A stretch of 64,000 nucleotides of DNA from positions 62,001 through 126,000 of the forward strand of contig KE561054.1 of assembly GCA_000442015.1 (NCBI GenBank), read 5' to 3'. Shown one piece after another: positions 1 to 13,817 of the stretch. Below the pieces are notes generated by a model. That model was not told the origin of the DNA. It searched no databases and saw nothing but the letters and a program-made list of their open reading frames with translations. The number at the start of each line of letters is the position of its first letter. Positions within the stretch are counted from its first letter, which is position 1. This stretch comes from Rozella allomycis CSF55 (Eukaryota). A program made the position numbers and the translations under genes.

Positions 1-1262
1 TTTCTTGTTCGGAGCTATGAAGAAGCAAAGAGTTGTATTGGACATCTTTGCGCTCCAGCTTTTGAATTAAAGCATCGTGCAATTTCAATTCAGAGAGCAA
101 CTTTTGCTTTAGTTTAGCGATACCATTGGCGCATTCTTTTGAAATAGCTTGGTAAAGCTTGGGGAGGTCACAACCCCAGAGAAAAAACATTTTATTTATA
201 ACTCTTTCAGGCGTTTTAGGTACTTCTTGTAAATGAACATAATTATGTTTTAATAATTTGTATAGTCTTTCTCGTACGTCTTTATTTGGCATCATCGAAT
301 ATTTCGATACCTAAGTGGCGCATATTTTGGAAAATTACTTGTTTCTCTTCAAGGTAGCCCTTATCAAGCAAAACCCTTATCATTCGAACCGATAACGAAT
401 CGAATTTGCTATTTATGACACCAAGGGCAAATTTCTTTTTGAGATATTCTTGCCCGAATGTTACATTTATTATATAGACTCCACCCCCGCTGCGATCAAT
501 CATTTTTAAAAAAGGTGTGTTTTCATGGCAAAGATGGGCAAGAAGATCTTCAAGTTTGTCAACCAACTTGAACTGCTTTTCGTTCTTACAATGCACTCGG
601 ATTTGGTCATAAGATATACTTCCTTGATCTAGTTATCGAAGAATTGTTACTTCCGATGGATCCTTTTGAGTACAGTAGATTTACAATGGATCTCATTAAG
701 CCCATGTCGCTGAGTCTCTCTTCAACTGACTTTACTAATTCTTCGAGAAAAACATAATCATCTAAGCAGGAATATTCAACTGCAACATATTCTACATTCT
801 CTAATACCACGCCCACTCCCTTCTTGGTAATTCGATCGTCTGCATTCTCCAAACTTCTCTTCTTGGATAATTCCTCTTTCAAATCCTCCCTGTCATCATC
901 AAGATCCAATTTTGCTGTAAAAATTTTAAGAATTCCAGTTTTAAGTAATCTCTCAAGTGCATTTTTATCATCTTCCACTTTGGCAAGAGGAACCCTGTGG
1001 TTTACAAAAACATTCAAAAGCAGCTTATATTCCTTTAATTACTAAATTTTATATTTACTTCATTACCAAATATTTTTCTGACTATAGATAAATACAAAGG
1101 TATACGAACCCTTTGCAAACACCTTTCAGTATTCCAGCTAAAGTCCATATTTAGTAACTCATGTTGAAATAAAGGCACCATAAAAATGTATTTATCCTTT
1201 GAGAAAGTATTCAAGGACGCGACTTCTTTTCCAAAATGCTGCTCGAGGAGGAATTTTTGCAT
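1..1262 (-). CDS. RPC82: RNA polymerase III subunit C3 (RPC82/POLR3C), 3' end runs off window
   Basis: Spliced translation gives LLEQHFG...LQRVRIPLYL at the N-terminus and KFDSLSVRMIRVLLDKGYLEEKQ|...MMPNKDVRERLYKLLKHNYVHLQEVPKTPER, matching the RPC3 winged-helix motifs. Example intron: 311-338. Confidence 0.85.
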
Positions 1263-1329
1263 TTTGGAATTTCCTGTAAAAACAAGAATAAAAGACAACG
1301 ATTGAAATTTTATGTTTTTTATTTATAGT

Positions 1330-3861
1330 CTATAGATATTTCGATTTAATAAGTTTGAATACAGTTTCAATGATTACTACTATTCCAATGTAGTAAACGC
1401 AATAAAAAATCATGTATATTTTTCTAATGCCAAAAAATGTAATTAAAACAGAAAATATCATAATTAGAATTTTGTTTGCTTTTGAGAATCTTTATGAAGA
1501 GCCTTTGGCCTAGCTTACCTTTGAGACTTCCTCATTATATGGCAAAGTCCTATGAAAACAAGTGAAAACATTGGTTTGTGGTCATGGAATGATATCCATG
1601 ATGCTGACAAGTTCCTAATCCAAACGGAAAGAACAACGCCATTTAATAATGCCACAAATGTGAATAAATATAGAAAAATATTCGCGTGTCCCGTCTAAAA
1701 ATTTCAACTTCATTAATTACTTTTTCAAAAGGAATCGGTGCAAATAAGAATCCCAGATACGATAACACAATTGAATATTGATAGGGAGCAAGAAATGCAA
1801 CGGCGAATTGAACAATCATCGAAATCGTGTGTCTACTTTTAAAAACTTTCAATTTTTTAATATAATGAGATATTTTGGATATAAATTGAATAATTTGCAT
1901 TACAGCCAAGGATAATCCTACACACACGAAACAGAGAATACAAGAAAGCATAAATGGAACATTAGCACCAAATAGGAAATCACTTTCAGGTGATACATAG
2001 TTTTTAATAGAATTAATGATTATTATTTGAATAGAAACATAAAACCCGGCATGGAGTAATCCTAGGCTGGAGTCTGCATACTTGTCCAGCAATACGCAAA
2101 CCAATCCAAAAACAAAAGGAAAGACAACCAAAGTAAACGAGTATCTTTTACAAATTTGAGAAACTATACTAAAGTAATCCTTTTGGTACCAAAGGCTATA
2201 CTCGCAATCGGGATTTCCATAAAAAGTCAATTGAATATGGCCGTCCAGGCTGGCTAGAAGGGGGTGAAAAAATATTAACTCTTCGTTTGCGAAATACCGA
2301 GACTCGTTACAAGTAATGCGCATAGTAAAGATACACTTGTTGGGATTTTGCACGTACAGCTTGATTGCATTCAAGTTATGGCATTGATTTTCAAGAATTA
2401 AATTATAAGAAATATGATTTTTAAGAGTTGCGTTTTGAAAATCCTTGAGAGGCAGGGACGGAGAATTTGTTTTTTGGCGGGCAAAGAAAAATTTTGAATT
2501 TGTCTCATACCATGTAAATTCAGACCAATGTACTTTCATGCCATAATACAATTCGCTCAAACTGATTTCATTTGACGCATTTTTCCCAAATAATATCAAC
2601 GTTGAGTCAAGATTAACATTATGTCTTGCCGATATATAGGTCATGTGTGGGTTGAAGGTAACTTTTGAATTTTGTGGATCATTAAGGCTATGAAGCGGCA
2701 AGAAAGTAAGTGAGAGGTGGTGAGACTCTACTGTGCAGTCAACATCTCCAGTCCTGCACAGAGCTACGTCAAAATCACGTTTAATCATCAAATTTGTTAA
2801 AATTTCGTATTTGATTCCAGGAAGAATAATGTTAGTTTTTTCTTCCACTTTGTTCAAGGATAATTCACGCCTTTCATATTCGTGTTTTACTGGTTGCTTA
2901 TCGAAGGTCATAGTGACTTCTTTATTACCCCAATGGTACTTAAATAAAGAATAAATCATGCCTTTGTATCTTAAATCGATTTTCTTTAAAATAAGAATTG
3001 TGAATCTCACAAATTGATGGCACCATACTATTTCTTGGTGCCCACATGAAGTCCAAACAAACGGGATTTCACTTAAAAAATAAGTATTTCCAAATTCAGA
3101 CCCGATAATTGAAGACTCTGAATCAATCATCGTGTCTCTCATTCCATTTGCAACAGAAATGACAGCAGCGTCATTTATGTGATATTTTCTTCCGTTGATT
3201 ATATTATAAATGAGATATGATTCATATTCAAGTGGTGCTCGAGGATGGGTATGTGGTGTTGATAACGTTAATACTAATCCAACAGACCCGGGCTTATAAG
3301 ATGGTAAAGAAAATAGCATTCTTGCGACAACTCCTCCCATTGAGTGCCCTATATACATTACTAGATGTTGAATACCGATAATAATAAATTTTTCACTGTA
3401 AAATTCTTCGAGATTTTTGATCACGTCATTTAAGTAATCTGCCTGATCTATGAGAGACCTACCATGAAAAGCAGAAAGTTCTTCATTTGTATCAACACCG
3501 TAAAAGTCAAATGTACTGTCCTGATAAAAGGCCTATATACCTTGTTATTTAGTATTACTTCTGATGCCAACGACCTCATCTGCTTGTAACTTCCAGCATT
3601 TCCGGGAATAAACAAAATCGGAATTCCCTTTTTCTAATGTATTATTATATTCTTGATTACTAAATGGTAACTATCTGTCTGCTCCTTGTACATGTACAAC
3701 GAATACTTTAAGGCATAAGCTGAAGTAATTTCAACTTTAATGTAGGTGGGTCTCATAAACGACATTTCACATTTGTCAATGTCTGATAGGTTCGTTATGT
3801 AGTTTTTAAACGACACCAAAATGACAAAAATAGTTAACCATGGAAAAATGTAAATTAACAT
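1330..3861 (-). CDS. BST1: GPI inositol-deacylase (PGAP1/Bst1)
   Basis: N-terminal TM, CEMSFMRP, PILFIPGNAGSYKQMRSLA, lipase motif GHSMGG, TLSTPH, GHQEIVWC, and multiple C-terminal TMs. Confidence 0.93.
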
Positions 3862-3977
3862 GAAAATGGAATTTCAAAAAATTAATGAAGACAATTGTCA
3901 CACAAACTATACAATAGAAATCTTTATTTGACACATAAATCCTTGTGATGTAGTTTGATTCTTTCGAAATAGACTGG

Positions 3978-5610
3978 ATGGCTCAGCCACGTGCTCCTTC
4001 ATTTCCCAATGTCGGCGAAAACATTCTCTATTCTCCATGATATTCTTACTGGAAATAACCGGAAAATTAATTTATCTGTATCAGAAAGTTTACCAGACCT
4101 TAGAGCAGTTTTTCAACGAACACAAAGAAAGGTAATATATCTATATATTAAAAACAGCATGAAAGCGGAGAAAATGATAACAATGATCATGAAAATGGTA
4201 GCATTACCCCACTTGCATTAGAATTTGAAGACGAGAATCTCACCCCCAAAGAAATTGCAATAAAGTTGAAAACCGAAAACTATTACAAGCAAGACATTAC
4301 AAATTTTTTAAGTTGCAGGTACAAATTTACTTAAATATAAAAAAGAGGAGAAAAAAATCAAAAATGCTTAGAGGAATATATGAAATTGTATGACTTTACT
4401 GGATTAAGGTTAGATGAAGCGTTAAGGTATTTGAAAACAAATTTTATGTTAGGGAATTTACAAAATCATTCTACTTGACCGGTGAAGGACAACAATTGGA
4501 GAGAATTTTAACTCAATTTTCAATACACTTTTACTCTCAAAACTCATCGAACTATGAAAATGAAGGTAATCTACGGCGGATATTTAATAAAGATGTCGTA
4601 GTAATTATAACTAATGCGCTAGTAATGCTCAATACGGATCTACACAACAATAATAATACGAGGAAAATGAGTAGGAATGATTTTGTCATAAATTGTACTC
4701 ATGCTTTGGGCAAAAATAGTATTCCTCAACAAGTATTAAAAGTATTTGTTAAAATTCAATTTTTTACAGGAAATGTACAATTCGGTGAAATCTAACAAAT
4801 TTCAAGTTCCTAACGATATTTCAAGTCAAATAAGCCGTTCGCTCGTCAGAAAATCATCTTTAAAGGTATAAAACAATTCCGAATGCATATAGGCGTCGTC
4901 AGTTAATAGCTTTATCGCCACTACGTCACTCTCTATGGACGGAGAAGACCAGCCTTTAATAATGGAAGGACTTTTGCTTAGAAAATATGTTTTAGAGGCA
5001 CATAAAAAGAGAGCGACAAACAGGTCATGGAAAACCTTTTACGCTGTTCTTCGCGGTTCCGAATTGTACTTCTATAAACCCTTGTCAGTCTCTCTGAAAG
5101 AACAAAAATTCGTAGAGAAAGTTCATATAAGGCATTCATTTACAGAATTTCTACAAGAATACAAAAATAAGACAAATGTTTTTGCTTTAACTCTCATAAA
5201 TGGCGCGGTATTTTTTTTTCAGACCGAAAGTGAGCATAGCATGAAATCTTGGATTAATTACCTTAATTACATGGCCGCCTTGCATTCTGCTCCACCCCTT
5301 CCAGCAGCTCTTGGGTCTGTAGCTAGCGAGTACTTTTTACCCGTGATGCCGTCACATCCGACTCGCTTTAATCCAGTAAACCAAGCATTTTAACTATAAA
5401 CAATAGGATCAGCAAAAAAGTTTCGTTAAAGATAAGATGCTAAAAATTCAAGAAGAAATTTACGAACATATTCAAAAATGTCCAGAAGAGTCATCTATAG
5501 AAACTCCGTCATCATTGATAATGCATAGTTGGAATAAGAAGCTGGAGTTTTTAAATCTTGAAAGGAAAAAATATGCACTGTACTGCCAATCGCTTAACTC
5601 AAATTCGTAA
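3978..5610 (+). CDS. Sec7 + PH domain Arf GEF (PSD/EFA6/Yel1-like); start approximate
   Basis: Sec7 motifs LDEALR, FYLTGEGQQLERIL and LVMLNTDLH; PH domain EGLLLRK...RSWKTFYAVLRG; AALHSAPPLPA motif. Confidence 0.88.
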
Positions 5611-5678
5611 AACTGCAAACCCATGTAATTGATTAAAATTTTGATTTAAAATAAAACTAATAACCTTTAAATGAAAGT

Positions 5679-6491
5679 TTATTCTAAAGGCTTAATCTTA
5701 TTGGATAACATCTTCTTTCTCTTTATATACTCAAAAGTTGTTAGTTCATTCCAGTCTTTTAGTTGAAAATATACAGATTACAAAGATATATATGAAAAAA
5801 AGTTAAATATAGACCAAAAAAGATTCCGGATGTGTCAATTACAATTCGAATTATCATGAAAACTAGAAAATATAACCAAAAAGCAATATACTGAACCAAA
5901 GAGCATCAACGTGATCTATATTGTATTCTATTATTGTTAATACCAAACTGAACCCGCAAAACAATGAGAGAAAACATATCATTGAAATGAAACACCTAAT
6001 TTGGTATTCATGAAATTGCTACCAATAATTTCTTTTTCCAACACAAATATTCAACCAAATACAATGATGATCAAATCCTAGAATGCATTTTTTGCATTTT
6101 TTGCAATGCTTTGTTTTATTATTTGAACTAGAAATATTTAAAGTTATTTGTACACAAAAGATTGACAAATAGAGCAATAATAATTCCCTTTGACTTTCTC
6201 AAAATAGGTAGGAAGGGCAGACGTCAAGATTGTCATTGGGTCAATGGTATCAACATAGACCATTAAAGCCGCGGAACCTAGTAGTCCAACAGTAGCAATG
6301 TAAAAAAGCATGTATTAATCCCACAAATACTTTACTATGTTAAGCATGATTATCAATATTGTTTGATTATCTTTATGGTCTGTGATTAATACCAGAATGT
6401 GGGATGTTGTAATGAATGTGATGCAGGTAATACTCAAGAATTCAAGAAAGCTAGAGCTAATACGATTCAAAAAAGTGTGACTAACACACAT
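5679..6491 (-). CDS. DHHC palmitoyltransferase (ZDHHC1/11-like)
   Basis: Spliced: [44 protein letters not shown] and C-terminal LTTFEYI. The first TM exon joins only through a GT-TG intron at 6309-6335. Confidence 0.85.
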
Positions 6492-6581
6492 GTAATATTT
6501 GGAAATAAAACTTTGTTTGTTTACTAAGTCCAACGTAACAATGACTGTAAGCCACAAGAACAACTACCGAGCCCATACGAG

Positions 6582-7342
6582 ATGAGTGAAGAAGATTTTC
6601 GTTCCTTGATTTGTGAAGAGAATAATCCATTCTGGATAAGATTGATGGAATATATTGAGGAATTAAAGATTCTAACGATTGTAAAATAATGGCATTTTAT
6701 TGCATAGAATAATCAGCTAGACAAGTGGAAAACATTTTTTATCGATTTTTACTCTGAAAAAGCAAAAATGCATTACACTGTACGATCATCAATCGGTGGG
6801 CCTATTTTGCATGACCTATACGTGGAAGGCTCTGAAATACCGTTTTTCATGTATGAAGCCTTTTCTTTACGGGATAAAGCTGTTGATTATCGTTGGCACA
6901 TTAATAATCCACGCCTGTTTTCAAATGGGGACTTGTTCGTTTTGGATTTTCAAAAAGTGTCTATCAGGAGTGATAAGAAGAATAGAAAGGTAATTTAATG
7001 GTGGAGAAATAATTCGAGCTAATTACTGACACGGATTGTAGAATGGTATTCAACTCTATATTTAAAATTGAACTCCATGATGAAGTCATTAATTACACAA
7101 ATACATTTTGTACAAATGTGACATCCAATGAAAAAATGCATGAAAAGGAAGAATTTAATGAAAAGGGATTAACTGTCATGGAGCAAAACTTTTTCCAAGT
7201 CCTGGAGGCAAAATCAACATTAAGACGGATTGCAGGGGTAAATAATGTCAATGAAATCGACAAACCCGAAACTTCGAATGTTGAATCTCTTACGACTTCT
7301 ACATCTGAGAATCTTTTAAATAGTTTGCTAAATTTTGATTAA
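6582..7342 (+). CDS. LIM-domain-binding (Ldb1/SEUSS/Adn1/Mfg1-like) transcription cofactor
   Basis: RLMEYIEEL...[14 protein letters not shown]...IPFFMYEAF...INNPR...LDFQKVS...FNEKGLT resembles the LIM_bind domain pattern. Two short introns. Confidence 0.6.
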
Positions 7343-7367
7343 ACCATCTTTATTGCTAGTATTTTCT

Positions 7368-9691
7368 TTAAATGGAATTACTTGGATTAACTTTGAAAAG
7401 ATAGTCCGCCTTTTAACCTTATTGTGTGTTTTTACCAAAAAATCTACAGGATCCTCCGGTCTTACCTTGCAAACCTCAATCAAGGCTGAAGTAAGGGTGG
7501 GCATAACATTTTTCATCAGATAATGCCTAAGAGGAACTGATTGTGCCTCCAAGACTTCTTTTTCTTGCCTTCTTATGTCTTCTAGCCTTGAATTCCATTC
7601 AGCAACTGCCTTTGATTGTCGTTCATTCTCTTCTTTTTCTAACTTTTCTTTGTGTTTCTTTGCTTCTTCTTCCATCTTAGACTATTTTGAAGGCTATAAA
7701 AGTGTTTACTTTTTCTTCTTCCTCTTTTCGCCTTATTTCAATAATTTCATCTAAAGTGGGCCCATAATTGTGAGCTTTTCCAATAAACTTTTTTAAGGCG
7801 TTAAAAATGTCAGTATCGGACCCATATTTACTCATTTCAACGTTCAACACTGCAATTTCTCTTTCATCGAAAAAGTTCAATAGAGTGGTTTCGTCTGTGT
7901 TATTAAGACGATATTTTTCAAGGCTTGAGTTCACATCTTTTTTCATAAAAAATAAAAATTTACGCTCTTCTAATGATGCTCCTTGATTCATAGCGTTCTT
8001 TTTGACATAGTCATCTGTGGCATCCAGATGAATGACATGTTCTGGGCAAGATAGTTTGTCATATTGGGGAACATTTGATTCTTCTTTATTCTCCTCTTCA
8101 TCGAATGTGCCTTGAAAAAGAAGGCTAGCTTCTTCATTTGTGGTTGGAAACCCATCAAGAACATACCCTTGATTCTTTACGGAAGGCGAATACAGCTTCT
8201 GTTTGATAAATTTTACTAAATATTCCGAGGGTATTTTCTGATCATTTTTAATTAATGCGTTTTTATATTCCTCCAGCTCCTCTCTAGCTGCATCCCTTTG
8301 ATCATCCGCACCATCAATACCATCTTTTGGAGGACTAGTTACTTTCTTTTCCTATTTTACATGACGATTAATAGTTACAAGATTCGATACATGTTCTTTG
8401 ACCACTTCATCGATGTTTAAATAATTAATTTTGTATTCAAGAGACAGCAACTTTGAAAATTTTGTTTTCCCGCTGCATGGCGGTCCGTGAATGAAAATCT
8501 TTACTGGCCATAAATTCCAATGTGTTTTATACTCTTTAATTAGTTGGCCAACATTTTCAACAAAACCATTCTAGTTAAACTATATTCACAAAAATACTTC
8601 AAATTTCCAATCTAAACTCATTTCCTTTATTACCCCAGCGTCAATTTTTAAATTCATCATCAACATATCATAGTCTTTTTGCTCGAAGTGCTTTTCTAAT
8701 AATGCTTCTTCTTTTGGTGTGACATTCACAGTCCCATTCCCCAAATTATCCGCTATTGCCATTTTATACTAATTAATTATTTTACTTGCAATATTTCAAG
8801 GAGAGTTATCTTTGAATCATCGACAGCAACCACGTAATGTGAAGCGGGTTTGGTTTCTATAACTTCCAAGACGATTTGCACCAAATCTTGAAGATATATC
8901 ATCGGTATGAAGTTTGTTCCTTCTCCATAGCACTTTAATGGTTCAACGGTATGCCAAGCTCTCTGCAATAACGAAATTTTATGGTTTAACCTTAAAAAAT
9001 GAATGGAGGATGCTATCTCCACCATGATATATTAAACCTGGCGCAATTACATATGTCTTAAGCGGTCCTTTCTTTCCACACCTTGAAATATTTTTCTCCA
9101 AATTCAAATGATCTTTGAAATTGGGATGTGCTTTGCGTTTTCTGAAATCTTCTTCAGCCAAAATTGCATCAACCTCTTCAGCGTCAATTTTAGTTTTGGC
9201 CCAAGTTATTACAGAAGAGATACAAATAAAGATTTTTGGTCGCTCTTTAAAAAGATCCTTGTTTTCATTGAGAACTGTTGATTTAACGAAAAAAGGTCTT
9301 ACAGTCGATTGCAAATTGACATTCATCAAGATTTTGCATGATGTCGTATACAATTACATCGGATTCCATGAGAACGTCTTTTAAACTAGCATCTGTGGGC
9401 TCCTATTTCTCAAAATCAATTCATTCATGGTACTTTGAGAATTTTAAAGTTTGTGGGTGGCATGAACTCCTTTCTTTCGCAAAAATCATCTTCGTTGTGC
9501 TTCTCCACAACTGTCCCAGTAATTTTGTATGGAACATTTCCATCAGCGACGTCCTTTTTTATGTCCTCTTCTTCATTTAAATTTACTTCTGTGTCTTCTT
9601 GTGGTTTTCTAGACCCGACAATCGTTTTTGATAGAAGCAACCCTATGGAAAATGCTACTGGATCGTTGATCCTGTTTATGAAAACAGACAT
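7368..9691 (-). CDS. AK7: Adenylate kinase 7 (ciliary), with NAD-binding-like N-domain and C-terminal Dpy-30 motif
   Basis: [35 protein letters not shown]-loop [54 protein letters not shown]. Confidence 0.95.
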
Positions 9692-9813
9692 GCAATATAA
9701 ATGTAAACAAATGAATGAGACTTCAGTTATTTTATTGTTTATTATTTCTTTTCTTTTGATTTATCTTTGATTGATTCATTCAACTTTTTGTCTAAGATTT
9801 TTCGGATATTTTA

Positions 9814-10182
9814 ATGGAGTCGCTGAAGCAAAACATGGAGCAAAAACTTTCTTCAAGTGGGACTAGAGACAAGTATAAGCGAAATAATTTAGATTTCTAG
9901 ATTGAAGGTTCTATTGCAGCAGAGATTAATGGAAACCGGGTGGATAGATAACTTGAAAGCACACTGCAGAGGTTTTGAGTATTTTGTTTAATAATAGATG
10001 AAATAAAGCGCAAAAATGGAGTTACTAACGTTAATATCGAGAGTTTAATTCAGGAGATGTTGCCTTATGCCAGATGTATGAATACAGACTAATTTAAAGT
10101 AGCATCAATTCCAGAGAATGTTAAAGGAGAGGTTTTGCTTGAAATCAAACAATTCTTACAAAGAGAACTCGAAAATCTTTAA
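9814..10182 (+). CDS. SUS1: Sus1/ENY2, SAGA and TREX-2 subunit (not in ORF track; 4 exons)
   Basis: Spliced 95 aa: MESLKQNMEQKLSSSGTRDKLKVLLQQRLMETGWIDNLKAHCRDEIK...LPYARSSIPENVKGEVLLEIKQFL. Confidence 0.92.
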
Positions 10183-10204
10183 AATCAAAGAATAAAGCGA
10201 AAAA

Positions 10205-11598
10205 TTAATGTTTTATTTTCTTCCAAATCTGAATATAAGATTCAGACAAGAAAATCATTTCTGGTGCAATTTCTCTAACAGCCAAATCCTGCATCAAGTA
10301 CCAATTTTTTGTTTCCTATTCACTATAATTTCAAGCATGTTACCTCATTAAAAACGTGAACTTTGAAACAACCATCATCGTGAGCGATATTAACAGAGAG
10401 CCTATAATTGACAATCTCGCCATTAACTGGCAAGCCCAGTGAATCGACTGAATAATTCACAATCGTGGGGTTTCTTTCATTGCTCCAATTATTTTTGATG
10501 AACCTTTTAAAATGGAAAATTAAATAGTCCGGTGACTCTAGAATAGTATATGTTTTTCTGAAATTTCCAATCTCAGTTACTTGAGTGCCATTGAATTTTT
10601 CAAGCAGCAAAGCCAAAGAGACTTGAGGTATAATATTCTCTTCATTTTCGTCTCTGTATAATGGTGTTGGAGGTAAATCCAACGAAAGATATAGGAAAGG
10701 AGAGACACAACTATTTTCAACAAATGTTGCGTCATCGACCAAATCAGGTTGAATAGGCTGAGAATCAACTTTGACAAAGCCACGAAAGCATTCATGAATT
10801 ACTATTTTCGCGATTCGCTAATCTTTTTACTCGAATTATTTTTCTTTTTGAGCTCTCGATGCATAGAATTCAGCAACCAAGTCAAGAAGTCCATTGGATC
10901 AGATTGCTTAGTGGAATGAAATTTCATTTCACTTGCATCGGCAATAGTCTTTTACAATATCGCATAAATTTGTACCGCCATCAGTTCGTGAGGACTTACA
11001 TTGGCTCTAAATGCCTTTGGGTTCCAAAGCTTTTTTATGAGATCCGAAACGTTTGAAGTTAACCGCTTCGAAAACTTCCCTAGCAGCATTTCATTTCGAA
11101 ACGCTTGGACATGTGAAAGCGCGTGTATAACAACGTTAACATAGTCATTCGCCTTTATGTTATTTATACCAAGGCACCCAGGGACATATTCCTTTCGTTG
11201 TAGATCGAAACACTTCCTGTCGAACAAAACAAAATCTTCTTTAGTATATTGAGGCAAAATGTTATACTTTTTTAAACAACTTTTTCCTTTACTTTGATAT
11301 CCTCCAATGATGGTTCTTGAACCTCGTATCCATCAGGTAAGCAGAAAATTCGTTTAGATTCTAAATGAGCAAAAACATGGTGGTCTTCATTGACACAGTG
11401 GAAGTACGCCTGTGACTTGGAGCTTTTGCCCTGCAAGTATTTTCCACACACCAAGCAAATGTATATGTTGGTATTTGACAAAGTCACACTGCATATTCTT
11501 TCGTGATCAAAATCTAGATTTTTTCTGTCTATAGTACCCAAGTAGGGGCACTGAATTTGATTTTCTATGCCGTTTTCATCCGCCAACTTTCTTTTCAT
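10205..11598 (-). CDS. SAD1: U4/U6.U5 tri-snRNP protein Sad1/USP39
   Basis: ZnF-UBP CPYLGTIDRKNLDFDHERICSVTLSN; pseudo-USP GINNIKANDYVNV; LDLPPTPL; EMIFLSESYIQIW. Confidence 0.95.
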
Positions 11599-12004
11599 AT
11601 AATTACTAAATTTGACTTTCTACTTCTTTTCGTTCCACCTTTACATCATATGATTTCTAAGTTTAAATTAAAATTTTGAGACGAATATTTTTGTTCATGT
11701 TCAAGAAATCCGATATGCATAATCCTTTTTCGTTGTGAAATGTAAATTTGTGATTCACAATGCAGTATAAGAATTGTATAACAGACAACAGTCTACTAAA
11801 CAGTTTAATGGAAAAATATTTAATAATTAGTCGTGTGTTTTTAATCTCTTCATGAATAGGTATCAAAAGAGCACGTAATTTAATAGCTTACATGCCACAC
11901 TTAAGAATATTGAAAAAATAAAACGCTCCTTTATTCATTCGTAACATAAAATACCCTTGGCATTGTTTATGAAAAACAACGACTAAGCCACTGCGCATAC
12001 CAGC

Positions 12005-12834
12005 ATGCAGCGATTTGCGTCACTTCTCCGACCGAACAACCCACCCCCAGGTTACCTTCCCTCAATTCATACTCTATCCCTGAACGAAGAAAGCTCTAAT
12101 AGTGCCCAAGTTTATACGTCTTCTTCCTCAACATCCCTTGATTCCTGGTTTCCGCCTGATACCGACAGCCCTATTTCAAACGAAGCCAAAAGACTAGATT
12201 CATGGTTAAATGAAGGCTGGAATATACCAGAAGTACCAGGAGCACATACTATTCGTGAACCAGAAAAAGTTGTTCCACTAAAGAAGCCCAGCCTTAATTC
12301 GTGGGAATCTATACCTTGCAATGACGGAAGTGACGCGCAGACCTATCCAATATCAATGAAGACTGTGGATCCTAAAAATGATGTGCCTAAAAGCACCGTT
12401 CACCCATCAACATCCTTTTGTTCCCAGAAAGTCTTGAATCGAATAAAACAAGACAGAGTTACCGTACAGCCTCGATTTCAGAATTCTTTTCACGCGCCAA
12501 CATCCACCAAATCCCAATGTTCTTGTGTAAAAGAAAGTAGCCTTGACGAAATGAACGATCCGATAGTTTACCTCCGATTTTTATTATCCCACAAAGAAAC
12601 AGGCGCCCTTATTGGTAAAAATGGTTCAAGAATAAACCAATATCGAAACAGGAAGGGAATTGTGCTATTAGATGTAAACAATGCTTCACACTCAGTGCCA
12701 TCATTAAAGGGCGAATATCGTGTAATGAAAATACAAGGCCGCCTTTCCGCGGTGAATGAAGTAAGCCACATTTACAATGATCATAGATTATCAAGGAAAT
12801 CATGTCGTTCAAGAATGTGAATGCTGAAGAGTAA
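12005..12834 (+). CDS. Low-complexity N-terminus plus single C-terminal KH RNA-binding domain
   Basis: LRFLLSHKETGALIGKNGSRINQYR (GxxG loop)...YRVMKIQG; one 26-nt intron near the 3' end. Confidence 0.75.
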
Positions 12835-12907
12835 AGATTCGTTTAATTAATTTTAATAAAATGCATATTTTGAAACATAGTTTACGAAGTGTAAATGATA
12901 TTTTATT

Positions 12908-13532
12908 TCATTCATCACTATTATCAGGGCTAGAAAGTTTTTCCGTAATATCTAAAACTTCATCGTAGGTTATGTCACTTCTAGCCTTGATCATTCCTAA
13001 AATCGTAAATTACTCTGAATTGACAGTCAGCAGCGAGATGGTCAACCTCGTTGCAGATAATACAATGTATAGGTGATGGATTTTCGGCTAATTTCTGCTT
13101 CCTTTTCTCATTCAAGGCTTTTCGTTGTTCCTTTTCTATAATAAAGCGATTGCAATCATTTATGAGATGACCACGGCCACCACAGTTATAGCATCTAACG
13201 GTGTTTAAGACAATCTCAGTGGAAGTGTGCGTAATTCTATCATGGACGTCTCTTTCATAAACAAGTTTTGCAATCTATTTGAATAGACTATTGCTCGTTA
13301 CATATATTAAATGTCGTTGTGGACAGTCTTTGAAAACATGGTTTGGTAAATTGCATAATTTGCACGTTACTTCAGGTGGATAAACCCAACAATTTCGAGC
13401 GACATGTCCAGAAAAATTACATAAACGGCAAACCTTCTTTTTGGATTGGCCCTGTGGTATGACAAATGTACTAAAATGTGTTTTTATCTTATTGTAATGG
13501 GATAGAAATCCAAATTTTCTGCATTGATACAT
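12908..13532 (-). CDS. CCHC zinc-knuckle protein (4 knuckles)
   Basis: CRLCNFSGHVARNC, CKLCNLPNHVFKDC, CYNCGGRGHLINDC and CIICNEVDHLAADC across three exons. Confidence 0.8.
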
Positions 13533-13817
13533 CAAGACCCCTGTTAAGTCTGTTATCACAATTCATAGATTTTTGTAAGCTAATGTTTCAATAATAAAAT
13601 TTTAAACAGTAATTTAATATGATATTATGAAAAACCATACATAATATGATAAACAATACAATGTATTTTGGAATTTGGCATGAAAAGAACCAATTTTTTG
13701 TGAACAATAATTAAATCATTAATCTAATCATACGCTTAAGAATGAGTAGAAAGTTTCATGACAACTTCCACGTAAAGGCAAAAATAGGAGAGGAAAGCTT
13801 ATTTCACGAAAGGGTTA

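Noticed and set aside
11140-11170. USP domain lacking the catalytic Cys (ANDY)
   Set aside because: This is normal for Sad1/USP39, a known pseudo-deubiquitinase.
11663-11866. 67-aa ORF in the SAD1-KH intergenic region
   Set aside because: Non-ATG start, AT-rich and no motif; probably promoter DNA.
12908-13532. CCHC knuckles as retroelement Gag
   Set aside because: The gene has spliceosomal introns and no adjacent protease, RT, integrase or LTRs.
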